DNA of 64,000 nucleotides from Clostridiales bacterium (GTDB lineage Bacteria; Bacillota; Clostridia; Oscillospirales; Oscillospiraceae): NCBI GenBank assembly GCA_004555705.1, contig SFHI01000001.1, positions 131 to 64,130 of the forward strand, read 5' to 3'. Shown piece by piece: positions 59,201 to 63,652 of this stretch (position 1 is its first letter; each line of letters starts with the position of its first letter). The notes under the pieces were generated by a model. It saw only the letters and a program-made list of their open reading frames with translations, ran no database searches and was not told where the DNA came from. The position numbers and the translations under genes were made by a program.

Positions 59201-62184
59201 GCATAATCGGTGATCTTCGCGATGGTGTCAAACTCCACCACGGAAAGGGAGATGGAGAACGGGACGACGCCGCCCATGGTGTAGGACACCAGGTCGTTTA
59301 CGGAACTGGCACGGATGAGGATTCCGCCCTGTCCCCGCTGACCGCCGTTGCTGCCGCTGTCACCGGAGACCAGGTGCGCCTGCTTCCCGACGGTCACCTG
59401 GGAGTGCCCGGAGGAAACTGCCATGGTGATGGGAACGAAGAGGCTGAGAAGCTCATTCTTCGCGTCGATGGTAACATCCACATGGGAGCGGGCATGGATG
59501 CAGCCGCCTGCGGTAAGATCGCCGTAGATGGTCACATCGGCATTGCCGAACTTCAGGGTAACGGGGTTAAAGTCCTTGTCGATGAGATCGCTGAGAATAT
59601 CTTCACCAGGAATAAAACCTTTGTTGAGAACCAGCTGTGCGTTCAGGTCGATGACCTGGTCCGCGTGAACCTTCTGCTTCTCCGCAATAATAATGTAGAC
59701 ATCCTTGCTTGCTTTGTAGAACCCAAGCTCGATCTCGGAAGTGTTATCGGGGTCCAGATCGTCTTCCACGATCTTTGTTTCAAAAGCGGCCAGGGCTTCG
59801 TCCTCGCCGTAGACGGAGAGGATCACATTCTTCGCGCTGATGGGCCCGAACACATCAATCTGCTCGCCGATTACCAGAAGATTCAGTCCTTCGGCGTTCA
59901 GACGGTCGATGCCCAGCTTGCCGCTGATGGGCTTGCTCAGATCATCGGTGAGAATGATGTTCGAGAGGAGGACGCCGTTTTCGGGCAGCAGGACGTTCAG
60001 ACTCCCCAGGTCAAAGTTGACAATCTGATAAGGGATCAGCTTGATTTCGCTGTTGCCTTCCTCCAGCTTGACTTCGACCTCTCTATCCTCGTTCGTGGGT
60101 GTGACCACGTAGTTCGTGAAGGGCTGGAGGGTGTCGCCGCTCTTAAGCTCCTCCACCGCAACCGTGCGCTTGTTAAGCAGCGCGTCGGTGAGCGCTTCAA
60201 TGCACTGGAAGAGAATCCGAAAGCTCTTGGTGAAATCAAGATGGAGCGCGTTGTCGGTCAGGTCACCCAGAATGGTGATCTGCGCCAGGGCTTCCACGGT
60301 GATTTCCGTTCCGTCGGTGCTGATGAAAATGCGATTGTCTTCATCAATGTTATTGTTGAGTTTTCCGGTCAGATGCAGCCGGTCAAAGCCGGCCTGATCC
60401 TTGACCTCAATGCCGGTGCTGCCCCATGCAGCAAAGGGAGTGGTGGTATCTACCGTGATCAGGTCGTCGCCCTTACCGCCGTCGAGCGTAATGCTGGTGA
60501 CGGGAAGGGTCTTGCCGTCCAGCTCGCCGGTGACGAAGTCTACCGCAGCCTTCAGGAAGTCCTGTGCGAAGCTGAAGTCACGGCCGCCGCTGATGCTGAG
60601 TCTGTCCTCGCCATCGCCGCCGTCCATTCTGACATTGGCTGCGCCCATGTCCACAGCGAAACCGAACTTATACAGGGCATTGCCCTCCGGGTCGGTATTG
60701 CCGAGAAGGGACATGATCACATCGCTGGTGTCAATGAGCTTGATGCTGCCCACGTCCTCGCCTTCGCCAAGCTGCACATCCACGCCCACAGTGGTGAGGT
60801 TCCCCTGAGAGCCAGTGATACCGTCTACGAGGATGTTCTTCAAGGCATTAATATAAGGAAGGACATCATTGAAACTGATATCAGGGTTGATGAGGGAAGG
60901 CAGCTGACTGAGGGTGTCCATGTCCGCCTGAGTTACCTCCACAGACGCCGACACATTGGGCTTTCTTCTCACTTCCAAAGTGACCGTGTCATTGCCTGCG
61001 CCGCTGTCCACCTTGATATGGATCGAGCCCACCTCGGTGCTGCCCGCAATGTTGGATACGCTGAGGTTGATCGTGTCATCCTGCTGTGTGCCGTAGTATT
61101 CCACACTGCCCGCATTTTTGATGCTGACAGTATCACGGGTGGACAGATACAGACCCGCAAGCAGGATGTTGAGCCCTTGGACGTCGACGTTTATGCCGCC
61201 CTCCAGTTTTACATTGCCTTCGGACTGTGCATGGATATCAACGATCTGTCCCTGCTCATCCTCCACAATGGCGTCCTGTGCCACGATGCGGATGGTCAGC
61301 TCACCGCCATCGGAGGCGCTGTTTTTCAGGCCCAGAAGTTCCTTGATCAGAGAGGTCAGGACATTGTCTGTGCTCTCTTCACTCAGATTCAGGCCGCCGA
61401 GGTATAATCCGTCCTGCACCACGATGGTTGCAACGCGATCCGCGTCAGACTGGTCATCCACGTACAGGTCACGCAGATAGGTCAGGGCGTCTGCCATGGC
61501 CTCGTTGATGGCGTTGCCATTATTGTCGGCGGAGTTCGTGTACTTGACCTCTTTGCTGATCTCATGGATATAGGCGCTGCCCGCGGGAATTGCGTAGGCC
61601 TCCACCTCCACCTGGTCCTCAGGGATAGCGGGCTCCGGCTCGGCAGGGTTATCTTCCCCGGCAGCAGGGCTGGACAATGTGCTGGCCACAGCGGCTGCCG
61701 CTCCGCCACCCTGAGTGCCGCTGCTGACAGGAGGTGTGGTGGTTGTGCTGTCCGGTGTGGTCGTGCTCTCCGGTACGGTGGTACCCTCCGGTGTGGTCGT
61801 GCCCTCCGGCGTGGTCGTGCCCTCCGGCGTGGTCGTGCCCTCCGGTGTGGTCGTGCCCTCCGGTGTGGTCGTGCCCTCCGGTGTGGTCGTGCCCTCCGGC
61901 GTGGTCGTGCCCTCCGGTACGGTGGTACCCTCCGGTGTGGTCGTGTCTTCCGGTGTGGTCGTGCCTTCCGGCGTGGTCGTGCCCTCCGGCGTGGTCGTGC
62001 TCTCCGGTGTGGCCGTTCCTGCCGGAACGATGGTCACGCTGTCCGGCAGGCCGCTGCCTTCGCCATCGGTGGCGCAGGCGGTAACCATCATAGTGCTGAG
62101 GACAAAAAGACACATTGCGGTGCAGATGAATATCCGCATCGCACGTCTTTTTGTTCCCTGCTTCATCCTAGCTTTCACGTGCAC
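35239..62184 (-). CDS. Giant (~8,980 aa) exported repeat protein, LktA/filamentous-adhesin-like
   Basis: Uninterrupted 26.9 kb ORF; basic and hydrophobic signal peptide ending VTACA; PEGTTT linker; RTX-like GGxGxD motifs; many G-V-G-A/S-x-A/V strand repeats; start could be 62184, 62178 or 62166. Confidence 0.85.
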   Translation of the reverse strand: MHVKARMKQGTKRRAMRIFICTAMCLFVLSTMMVTACATDGEGSGLPDSVTIVPAGTATPESTTTPEGTTTPEGTTTPEDTTTPEGTTVPEGTTTPEGTTTPEGTTTPEGTTTPEGTTTPEGTTTPEGTTTPEGTTVPESTTTPDSTTTTPPVSSGTQGGGAAAAVASTLSSPAAGEDNPAEPEPAIPEDQVEVEAYAIPAGSAYIHEISKEVKYTNSADNNGNAINEAMADALTYLRDLYVDDQSDADRVATIVVQDGLYLGGLNLSEESTDNVLTSLIKELLGLKNSASDGGELTIRIVAQDAIVEDEQGQIVDIHAQSEGNVKLEGGINVDVQGLNILLAGLYLSTRDTVSIKNAGSVEYYGTQQDDTINLSVSNIAGSTEVGSIHIKVDSGAGNDTVTLEVRRKPNVSASVEVTQADMDTLSQLPSLINPDISFNDVLPYINALKNILVDGITGSQGNLTTVGVDVQLGEGEDVGSIKLIDTSDVIMSLLGNTDPEGNALYKFGFAVDMGAANVRMDGGDGEDRLSISGGRDFSFAQDFLKAAVDFVTGELDGKTLPVTSITLDGGKGDDLITVDTTTPFAAWGSTGIEVKDQAGFDRLHLTGKLNNNIDEDNRIFISTDGTEITVEALAQITILGDLTDNALHLDFTKSFRILFQCIEALTDALLNKRTVAVEELKSGDTLQPFTNYVVTPTNEDREVEVKLEEGNSEIKLIPYQIVNFDLGSLNVLLPENGVLLSNIILTDDLSKPISGKLGIDRLNAEGLNLLVIGEQIDVFGPISAKNVILSVYGEDEALAAFETKIVEDDLDPDNTSEIELGFYKASKDVYIIIAEKQKVHADQVIDLNAQLVLNKGFIPGEDILSDLIDKDFNPVTLKFGNADVTIYGDLTAGGCIHARSHVDVTIDAKNELLSLFVPITMAVSSGHSQVTVGKQAHLVSGDSGSNGGQRGQGGILIRASSVNDLVSYTMGGVVPFSISLSVVEFDTIAKITDYATMDSAGAVKVLASSIVDSTSYATGKLPNVWNVAPTTGVFVAGNFVFGTTKATINDNARVLAMDDVVVDAFSDVRASTVSLAIPLNDLPASKQLNPINGFSFVAKMFGIDGALGKAVKVLIGSTSISQILEDATKSTGSEATNQFVGALGIAYIDNANLAEVDTAKSVTTPGALRVHATASSVSDLRADGSLYRTPSLISVNGPYASLETPPRNAVGAAIAIEVLMHSNEASVSRGTVRAKDLSVRANTLDATSEAVSKAGHTPNQYLTKLGIGGAVTVHVANVYNSAALSKDAGYDILGGDVEVISTGSGRYTTVADASGKRARQSIKVGGVSIPVVPAFQMTAHSAGVGAGIAVEVINIDAIAQIEDGIRFGETGLGSLKAEADYKASFYIQAAAGSTGGVSVAPVMALSLSSVNTKAIVGKLDGTVTEMSGDVVVTANTEAVRKLISDAKAVGSRAGVGAAVGLTILDDSAVAELDRSIKAQSVGVAAQSISRVSQNVYASAQGANPTPVISTAAPTDITIQDFGSLLAGKGDPAYATPSESMNQNSVAENINKNNAAALSNTAGHVNSLSGKNGTMTSERASGLASKMPSMQTLEGSVQVAATIAVNVHSSKACAVIADGVTIEATGDVRVTSLEDTDAVIFADSTACDSTIGVGAAAAVNYVEYENRAYVGARSIKADNLIIRADVLEAENRRTVDEILTELLHYLADVKSGRAVLTKALLDQHEDKDSLLDYFTEEQKQQLLEEYKSKHGNEEGLTDEQMLENMIFEIMLSDMKNDPLGTVSAGAVALAESLLSDLAELLFDPSFLVDALLNDQAAMAAIRQELEAKKMVASVSLDLLLEAAVTELTAKYGNPSELENIGNRISTSAVSGTGAANVGVAGSFALTILDADAQAILSGLEAPGEEDRVELTGILELYAQSANKVYTTASSSAADNGLPVKNKMSSLAGKRVGVGASFAMADVDAEAEASVGENRTVTAGALSVEAIVHNDIDTVSVAGQDPIGRQQSFPDYVTPAPGEMLPANQTSTKDIAVDASVALNLVKNTVNAAVNQGACLTLSGGNLISTARVLSTNDKGETVYEQANLYLHARQRGQSYATSSGFSSGETAAVGGSVAVNLSTSDVNAELDGEGDIRGRIIVDAETLNEDEAQAFALSYGASLDRYFEKIRTFLSIANFTDNPSTGIISNKVMGKFNDVSASKYGAAASGMGNSPLMTMVLSVLGLNLPADPTMNNSTANSALQEAGAAAQDLPRFPGTTVNIAAAVGVNVTAHRAKALISGSFTAQSIDARVENGANYRAYATGASVAKSLNPLVNANVLSMGVAVSVNHNEADVQLAGELTGTEGVAANAVLRQNLDGKFAGLLAAQSLAGAMGSAGKAVGIAGAVSVVKTYGKSSAKILDGSVVNGGDVVVSAVEKSKIAVRAGGITAGTSAVGVGASFALIYDENVNLAEIGEGVIITGKSLEVKAEKQPVTADDYQFPFDLKNLFTVSDGSMDQTSPDNKGLIHLNISDGTKDANGNEQNNSIEVNLSTEMVMRAVDMLNYLASVNYYMESIAGAVSVGLNSEAAAAGAFSMLFAESITTAQIGDGAVITLDGEATVEAESGVNSRMIGGALSGSSAAGVGVNIAGFDDRSKVTASVGDGCKVAAGEDILVSATAKNDVLAVTVAGVLGGPGIDSESGAIGGTMDVIVTGNEVSATVGNGVTLTSENGSVSILAKNLSDLILASTSVDVAGNGPAAGGTLAAAVSGNKTYAKAGEGAAITAEKDVTIQAESEENLINVLASASASLNKTSAAGVIGVLVSSSDTEASVGDDAVIEAKHGAVSVLARSDVKQIVTIAGLTANAANPAAGATINVGVFEQSVTARVGSGVKLLASDTAADRNVSVLASGSNQTILVTVAGAATGDTALAGTVPVVISQSKITTEIGDDSVVFAGDSIAIASDAQIGIYNAAGNMAIGGGSVGVGATVSTVVVQNQICTTIGDNVTLRAGAVGNGGVRLPNRSEKRRGVILSANADTQVLMASVSGAAGIGTAGVSGVVNTLVLKNTVKATVGENGVIEAGYSEEEAEEASGDDAEAAIESSDETDIYNLAGGISVGGSAGVGATVVTVVYDKSMEASVGAGGTLHASGSVRAAAESTDDVYLLALSFAGSGTAGVSVGASALAFENDLLATLGGTVTAGGNVDVTARSSTDLLNVATAFAAGGSAGVTPVAVVTWFAGSTVAEFGEGAVIQADGNVTLAADSEEFITSDAAGVSVGGAASVSGTVDILISDQVTRAQAQKNVSITGKKLDISALDDTQILAIAATGAFSGTAAVGVTAVVSVLHNTVTAGMIGGEAGENDVDIGGTVNVLADAKRDVLSYAGSAAVSAGAGVGTTIMVTVAGGKLSQDSSDALLMSGDRLTQEEYDALSEDEQEEYRKNTKGGFDPDGFVSNAFSGSYTLGYRMDGLAGKLEGDGVKQSDIQLGGKDGNFDAESGYVSEDFYSDEEVTADNANRGENFEVNEKKNENLSEAAAIAAAKYDPESAVSAVIGSGVSITAGGDIYVRSGELVSSDMIAASLAGGIAGVGSALAVNVMYSNVIAGVDENTSLSADGLIQIHANSGTVECDEGSDSGEQERNNAISGLVKGNDGSNKLDLSSRTIRSIAVVGSGGVAAVSVSGSVVVLGNNTIAYLDGSVTKATSLSVTADSDYPSILCVTGAGSGGVAAVNGFFAVIYHEGKVEARIAGNGSINGVKTIEVKTNANTEATAASIAVSGGVAAVNAGVAVVESRIQADTYVGKDVSIGSALTKLTVTGTSNTEANAWLTSVTGGVAGVGVAGAVTIVSPKVYTYIGLAPDSEETASGTGKIAAESAVIEVKNDVTSSAAPLILSANGGIAGVGTNVLLSFNDTDAVAGIIRKNIVASSIDVDAKMDAHAETIFSGANAGAVPVGVSVSYARLGAKNSAILDATGVEVEAASISVTAGKEESGNSATVKAVSVSNNIGASTGTLNVAIADNCSSNIARILGNDSTLLTVKSALLVQAVGEATAEASVAGMSIGLSKTIAASAAVAVLRSTQEATIQGGKITTGTLTVQSLLNGAGGDSAKASLLTGGGGMESVRANVAVAYGRSGSVAGVAADALTVTGLIENEVKVPGSVKVLSTGSANTLSSISNQDFAAISAGLMTGYAYAQGAFEAYLGLDEGDSLTADSVSVETSYTANATTRLTPSLGGVKGAMASINANVAVSNASSSACASIYGGGTISTGTVTVKADGTTLSEAVIYTPAFTVSKVDVAANVAVALLDASNKAQLDGVTVNDAAVTVQAFLNDGAGESAKARLGSSAPVSIKNEKGESVEVTLTKYGISSNIAFAKNNSVNEASMTGASVLASGKALKVESDANCIADPGIQEADVSVAYMSVGLTVIMAQADGSFKAFIDTEGGNIEVASVLVSNTYESRATAKTAPALGGCGDLSAVKVKANVASASVGTLAEAAIKGDGCITASGNVNVLAIGTVLAQAGVATATVDISGINIAANVVTAELKADQSAYIQGATIEAANVYVTSELNKNRTDGATAELGSVTSGSFSATLVGATSNTATATADASSRAFTSGASIDVKSGIVAIQSEAASNAIARVNLPASVAMTSIGVNVVTANANGTFQAYANGSSGSIHAGTVRIQSIYTSKASARTGNSVSVSQVSGQANAANAVSGTTAGAGVNLEDTDGAGDGEGDSHLSINAATITILADGTAEALAEVGQQTKVNLYNAVVNDLTATVSGKQKAQLNHVVVDADTVSVTSKFNDSDAQGAVAVLGSATTGSISASGYSAKVNTVTAKMIGESEASANGAVITATGGAVTIFSDARSYAKAYTGATTANVGLVNIGAVKVDADADGSFAAEFNGSTVTSATLSVRSNFTARAEATAEQPKVSLSFVSGQVNQADADAGASNTAAITGSDVTTTGKIGSGSDGIQVIGDGTATAFATIYAPKVSVSSNKLLISDVNASVSAKQEAFISGGSVKAKNNINITAWLNDNENQGAVAKLEATNAAANGQIIIANTADAEVTAENSAYVSGTSFGSESDLSGNLNILSSAKSYALASYTDSSYTANGANLGVMVMNANAKGTFEAWLDSTGANVYVKNISIKLQYQSNSEAKSTQPNGGFSIEGVKVATNKATATSGTKATGYVMGSGNVYIGNLDIQVDGSGSSATADVDGKEVSVSGVNVGLNTAVTNLSVNQSAYLEGSGTVNASGYVKVISKLDNASTTSELGSNGGANVSIISGGNQWAYANVNKMSNTAFIRGNVSIDTTGAVEVLAQTNALTVTARAEANNTSASLAALGVVLTQAKIVSMTTEAAIDGNANIQAGSVSIKAYAGTSGKVTQLISKAEVPKNSFSGVNTKVVQATAIVESNKTQVGVGSNAVITTTGDVTIYAETNTKMDARTNKTTSVGLAEVGRYEFKNTVKEQSTSAYLNGKVFAGNNLLVEAYDKVEADSWLNSTSIGAVSKGKNKVEMQVTQTSTVTMGEGADAEARNNVTLKANAHVDLHGIVNTTGVGLKADSEATVSLTWKRTQSITIGENARLSARYGNMNILCGDNSLPYMYADLDMDGGGIVGAGNGPKAAVVQTSETTISVGAGARITAVFGQLLMKTTDATCATADAYRDMISVAGSNRSEADVTTKSTSNITLGANDPAAVQAYINARITKVVSDIIQKLNANATSTTFSGGSSTTAYADINSMDNEQIIGLYNVFLGGIDALYIEAETSKMENTAAASAHVKGASGKATAKSNVRINSADTTGTDAVVAKIYVSSLADVAGQDVQIVASAPSVHSSSVVNSSAKAKADTVTKWLVKIFTFGQADDGSEEAVASATLRVRSNVILNGRFHLGGAAAGSFVDIDEDGKLHYSGLDDQGFTQASDVGTVSGSAIYLNRLYNDDRGSLIAKAYVGEENASSKMTMLLFPGYKDKVKTENSGKLITIYDGSFLPNVVITNRSDRALYVNEVTLINGKQPRPNLDIGLTVSQQSAQFYEYMKMNFFCPLYAYELPSLSIVSEKDGDVIFRATDGSTVLDQDVAEGIVDIRMNGGLLSTAPGTKLWANKLTVTGAGSIGTEQNPFHAYITEIARADYSGFISQPERDAYISMQAAGDIWANIRHVLLYSEYANGKVYPINDPKLTLGEITSETGKVNLTIEAPGKVVAELRNNTDMDVFLPGNGNNFGDIGSVMGEDTYLRLSDYLLYTDSETGESFYMLPNELILRVSNVNGQLKFQSAQKEADGVTYDFSDLSFTISGGKVSKITYVDGNKVSKVIDFTGNNIMINIGQAGGTVYMTRDENRLVWTLPDGTHIYLSNVFTKEEDGKVTEVSPISIGNNLYLLEELSSGRTRYHVVELEWSGDSYSLVEGYIYEFVSTTLGQASGYNEPQSAEEARAAANTAVQNLQLTMETNSTSLIADAVAKAVAAVITADWKAQINVSVTGTDITGIRANISISVQLGPVADEDTEVGSIQEITGSKTYVNMMLTDKSDASASVASGTYAGNTGNLGVNFASGVVGSRKGTVSITKDGNGNVTSMTITLGLYTFDTTYNAELGAYEVVKPDSFSGKAGYEARYNELKGKYFTVTRSGNTYTIGFMALECKGEGAISDETLNGGYKKVNGGYLFVDNATDKTGIFYMEDEAKAVAFTRDGQFYYVNINYARNPDGSIIDDLSQATLMYGPVMVQAEDRDGLLYDENGAPLYTAGGQVHAQDASGKYLYVSADGTIFSHSMDFDTLMGDSGAMAEVLAKYGQFTAYYYYPKGTVTITPAGENGMNVTYMPYSESGDISFRISSDSDGYGIVDRYTRVILDEGHSSGLPQGTLLYLDKDGKVVGAYTPNGLLRIYDKGSSLGGTEIYCEVNSSYIHMTQGAAFKLHQAATGVYMAPQSIGQVNMLADNSSSPVSRYFHSDYYSVGTNGLVQMTLGEILTMSDSRVTEMGFRYPNASVKELFDGAYVSEVRDANGELVMYVLERKDADSDTQPTTIILLPDGTWYASDSSAGVLQPISSRVVEDLEQTYTLVEMTETISGESITIIFGGENTSLNDKDDIVADSHTNVITNNLKIIAADNGNIFEEKDPIVFKPFSGDTCNIQIIGSIATSGAYDGEAYAKTLLEANVNLHDTQVGQNGNIDLEIYKGDAGLDNVIVNDGGELTVDVVNGGNVSMENVSVLGDSQGSEGKLTVSTAEGDLSLTDGNISGTASITSGGDGSITMQSVDVSGKLTMTNDGEGTVDMDDVDISGEAAVNTGKGDLSLTDGDISGTASITSDGDGSITMQNVDVSGELTMTNDGTGAVEMDEIDVSGTATVSTGEGDLSLTDADISGTASITSDGDGSITVQNVDVSGKLTMTNDGEGTVDMDDVDISGEAAVSTGEGDMSLTDADISGTASITSGGDGAITMQNVDVSGQLAMTNNGVGAVDMDDANISGSATISTNQGDVDMDVITVAQGGRLELYTGNGSVTMGENGTASDNLILIDGTAEITSGTGKIHMNRVDVNQTGKLAIDTGKAGGNDNDVIVDAVYVDGLMTITTTGDPTQGSKPGSDLLMKNETSKLVLDTNFRETGEGEDGEEMFFDIGGNIGTPGCYFKVSYEGDDEKPSLTLNIRNANDIFLTQLTDIPTEIENGEDTGRLEGDSVKTEHDECISDLGEKEVQVLIPDQTPEELAKQLAGNLTEEQLLQFVDGKLSGAAVKDILELSEESIAEALTGMTSAQMEQLWNTVIGENSAPALEEKLTDVAAMREKLNAEGTDTKGLSDEKVQQAYESYYQQKRDDYQTQLSSVVLGTLSGDESLTGARIGAMLVLSGKDASMEAVLVGVIGGEKIKVDQNGDPIQTVDASGAPLYLDKDGNLTTEAEDAEGNLNEPLYETEPLLDDETELFKAYWESLTDAQKQALVENAYEALVGKYPPVEDQTGKPRDLVLLIGTSTGESYLLNVGDITIRQSSGTFTAGEVVSTHGDVTITAPSIEGVSAKAKAAITDPYVQQMYEEKYVGERTENGATTYGTDSNVYAENHSYTATLGGIGAVTELTTEQRSWKEDVIANIAGEEPLPGADDYRSSGSWDILRNENGEIEMNFVASFNGIRDIDLLTETTLNASAVGDIAITELTGNQMVNNVTSTAGSVTLKAPDGEMMIQHITAGGRADLTAQGSILDSREDGDAKLNVDAGSGSITSASGSIGAGPDDRIDVSIDGHLTTDSFGDTNLNALGSLNLTADTAEGILHVDGTGNLTIDNTDGDMNLGAIEAAGDVSITAQGGLVLGDRLGRDAQVKGDSISVTAGNGDVGTAEAPLLVDTNPDENGNPGILNAAANNGDVFITEITGDMTIGSIASTGTENSVNLKTEDGSIVESDKGSNDLIKDAVDAAIEAAKAQAKAEALEDQVQVLDNYVNTLDTVKQELQDALDNRSAAQSALDQAQAEEADAALRLEAARTELEELMNAETPDADAIAAQQEKVNSAQSDYDNAKAETQGKRDALIDAEEQLQNAVDSAGDKTFGTVPGLEEAASAEEALDALEQEKQLQEKELLDLTDALNQALQDAANKQAEATQKEQNASASGITADGDVNLEVNSSSGSATLGEKDNALGITAGGTTHIGTGEGTVLDSVDIESGGDLTIDSIVAEDEVNITAKGDIKGSVGTDTVDITAPSGSLSSLRGDIGTQEDPLKTALDRVNAYGDNIYLDNTKGLIIDSIIASGDPDQDGGNVHLIVDGDVMDGDAPAKPDDIDIIGGDVQIDASGDIGTKENPLEVESDVFGATGGDIHISSDGDVKVDKIVGSDVSISSGGKVTDQDDEDAIIADNLDIDAGVVGEEDNPLNVNVSGKLNIHAKYGYINLVNSYWASEYRTIIHEPTGIRVSGYISWNAELFVTDGFEHESCLVCKYLEILPASIVLARYHITMTGCYHGMLYVQIPVEEALEGQIVTIAYCDDGKLVTIQVEVKDGFVSFFVDRLHTFVILDGQYHAVTESGHQMLASDETGEIVYADGL
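39892..40635 (-). repeat. Four tandem 186-bp (62-aa) coding repeats
   Basis: TCCGTCAGGCTCA recurs at 40043, 40229, 40415 and 40601. Confidence 0.9.
61751..62020 (-). repeat. About 15 tandem 18-bp coding repeats (PEGTTT)
   Basis: Unit TCCGGTGTGGTCGTGCCC repeated head to tail without spacers. Confidence 0.95.
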
Positions 62185-62233
62185 CCCTTCTTCCTTGGGT
62201 AGTATCGCCGTCGGTTCAAGCTGGTTTTCACCA

Positions 62234-63529
62234 CTACGGCATTTCCATTATATTCTTGTTGTATTCCTCTATCTGCAGGAGAATCTCCCGCGCTGCTTCC
62301 AGAAGCTCGGGGGCCTCTCCGCTGGTGAGCGTCATCTCCATGTCCTGCGCCGCCTTATCATAGTCAAGCAGCTGTACATAGCAGACGCCCCGGTTATAGT
62401 AGCAAAACTGTGTCAGAAATCCCTGTTCTATGGACGTGCTGAAGTCCGCAGCAGCCTCGTCATATCGGTGCAGGGCCAGCAGCGACACGCCTCTGTAGTA
62501 GGCGTTTCCCGTAAGCTCCAGCCCCAGCTCTTCGGCTTCGTCCAGATACTTCACTGCTTCCTCGTATCGTTCAAGCATCATCATCGACGCCCCCAGCCGC
62601 TGATACATCAGCTCCGGGGTGTTGAGCCTGGCTTCTGTTTCCAGAAGCTCCAAGCCGTAATCTACCGTCTGCTGGTATTCTCCCCGCTCAAAGGAGCAGA
62701 GCATGATCTGTTCTTTGCAGGCTCCCTCCTCATAACCGAAGTCCATGGCCTGCCGGAAGCCTTCCTCGGCCTCGTCCAGTCGTCCAAGCTGCATTACGCA
62801 GGCGGCTCTCAGGAACAGGGCCACGGGGTAGTAGACTGAATCCTGTCCGGCCTCTTCCAGATATCCGTCAAACTTCCCCAGCGCCTCTTCGTAGTTTCCC
62901 GAAAGGAAGCTGCAGCGAAGGGCGTTCAGATAATGGGATTCATCGCTGCTCTGCTTTTCATAAAGCAGCTCATACTCTGTCATAGCGGCAGGATAGTCGT
63001 TCAGACTCTCATAAAGCCGCGCCAGAGAAAGCCTTGTATTCAAATCCTCCGGAGCAAGCTCCACATATCTTTCAAGCTCCTCCGTGGCCTTCCGGCTGTC
63101 TCCCTCTTCAAGGGCCAGCTGCGCTTTCAGAAGCACAGCCTCCAGGGAAGCTTCGTTCAGTTCCAGAGTCCTGTCAAGAAGCTGCCCTGCCCTGTCCGCG
63201 TTTCCGCACATCACATATACCGATGCCGTTTTCAGACAGAGCCGTGAAAGCGCTTCCTCTTCCAACCCCTCGCTGAGTTCCAGCACCTTTTCCAGATAGC
63301 CTGCCGCTTCCTGATACTTTTCTTCCGATATGGCAAGGTCGGCGAGAAGCTCATATCTATCGGCAGGACTTTGCGTTTGCTCCTGCTCAACATCTTTGGA
63401 GCTGCGCATACCGATCACCGAGGGCATGACCAGAGAGCAAAACAGTGCAGCCACGAGCGCCATGGCCAGAGCCCTCAAGGGAAAAGGCCAACGGCTTTTT
63501 TCTGTGTTATTTTCAGTCACGCAGGCCAA
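62234..63529 (-). CDS. Membrane-anchored tetratricopeptide repeat protein
   Basis: N-terminal hydrophobic segment ALAMALVAALFCSLVMPSVIG, then serial TPRs (e.g. AYYRGVSLLALHRYDEAAADF, YYNRGVCY..YDKAAQDM); start TTG 63529 or GTG 63520. Confidence 0.85.
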   Translation of the reverse strand: MACVTENNTEKSRWPFPLRALAMALVAALFCSLVMPSVIGMRSSKDVEQEQTQSPADRYELLADLAISEEKYQEAAGYLEKVLELSEGLEEEALSRLCLKTASVYVMCGNADRAGQLLDRTLELNEASLEAVLLKAQLALEEGDSRKATEELERYVELAPEDLNTRLSLARLYESLNDYPAAMTEYELLYEKQSSDESHYLNALRCSFLSGNYEEALGKFDGYLEEAGQDSVYYPVALFLRAACVMQLGRLDEAEEGFRQAMDFGYEEGACKEQIMLCSFERGEYQQTVDYGLELLETEARLNTPELMYQRLGASMMMLERYEEAVKYLDEAEELGLELTGNAYYRGVSLLALHRYDEAAADFSTSIEQGFLTQFCYYNRGVCYVQLLDYDKAAQDMEMTLTSGEAPELLEAAREILLQIEEYNKNIMEMP

Positions 63530-63652
63530 GCCCCCCTTTAAAAAAAATTAGGTATCGCATTCACACCCTGCATAATAGCATAACAGCAGTCAGATATTTG
63601 TATTTTTAAGTCCCCATATACATACTTCCACGGAGCGTACCCTGATTTCGTT

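Noticed and set aside
35233..61407. Very long + strand ORFs (1015, 1965, 1167, 2504, 1080 aa) opposite the giant gene
   Set aside because: Antisense shadows of a GC-rich coding strand; no recognisable motifs, RBS or protein-like composition
61751..62020. 18-bp repeat array as a possible CRISPR
   Set aside because: Contiguous units without unique spacers, in frame within a CDS, and no cas genes
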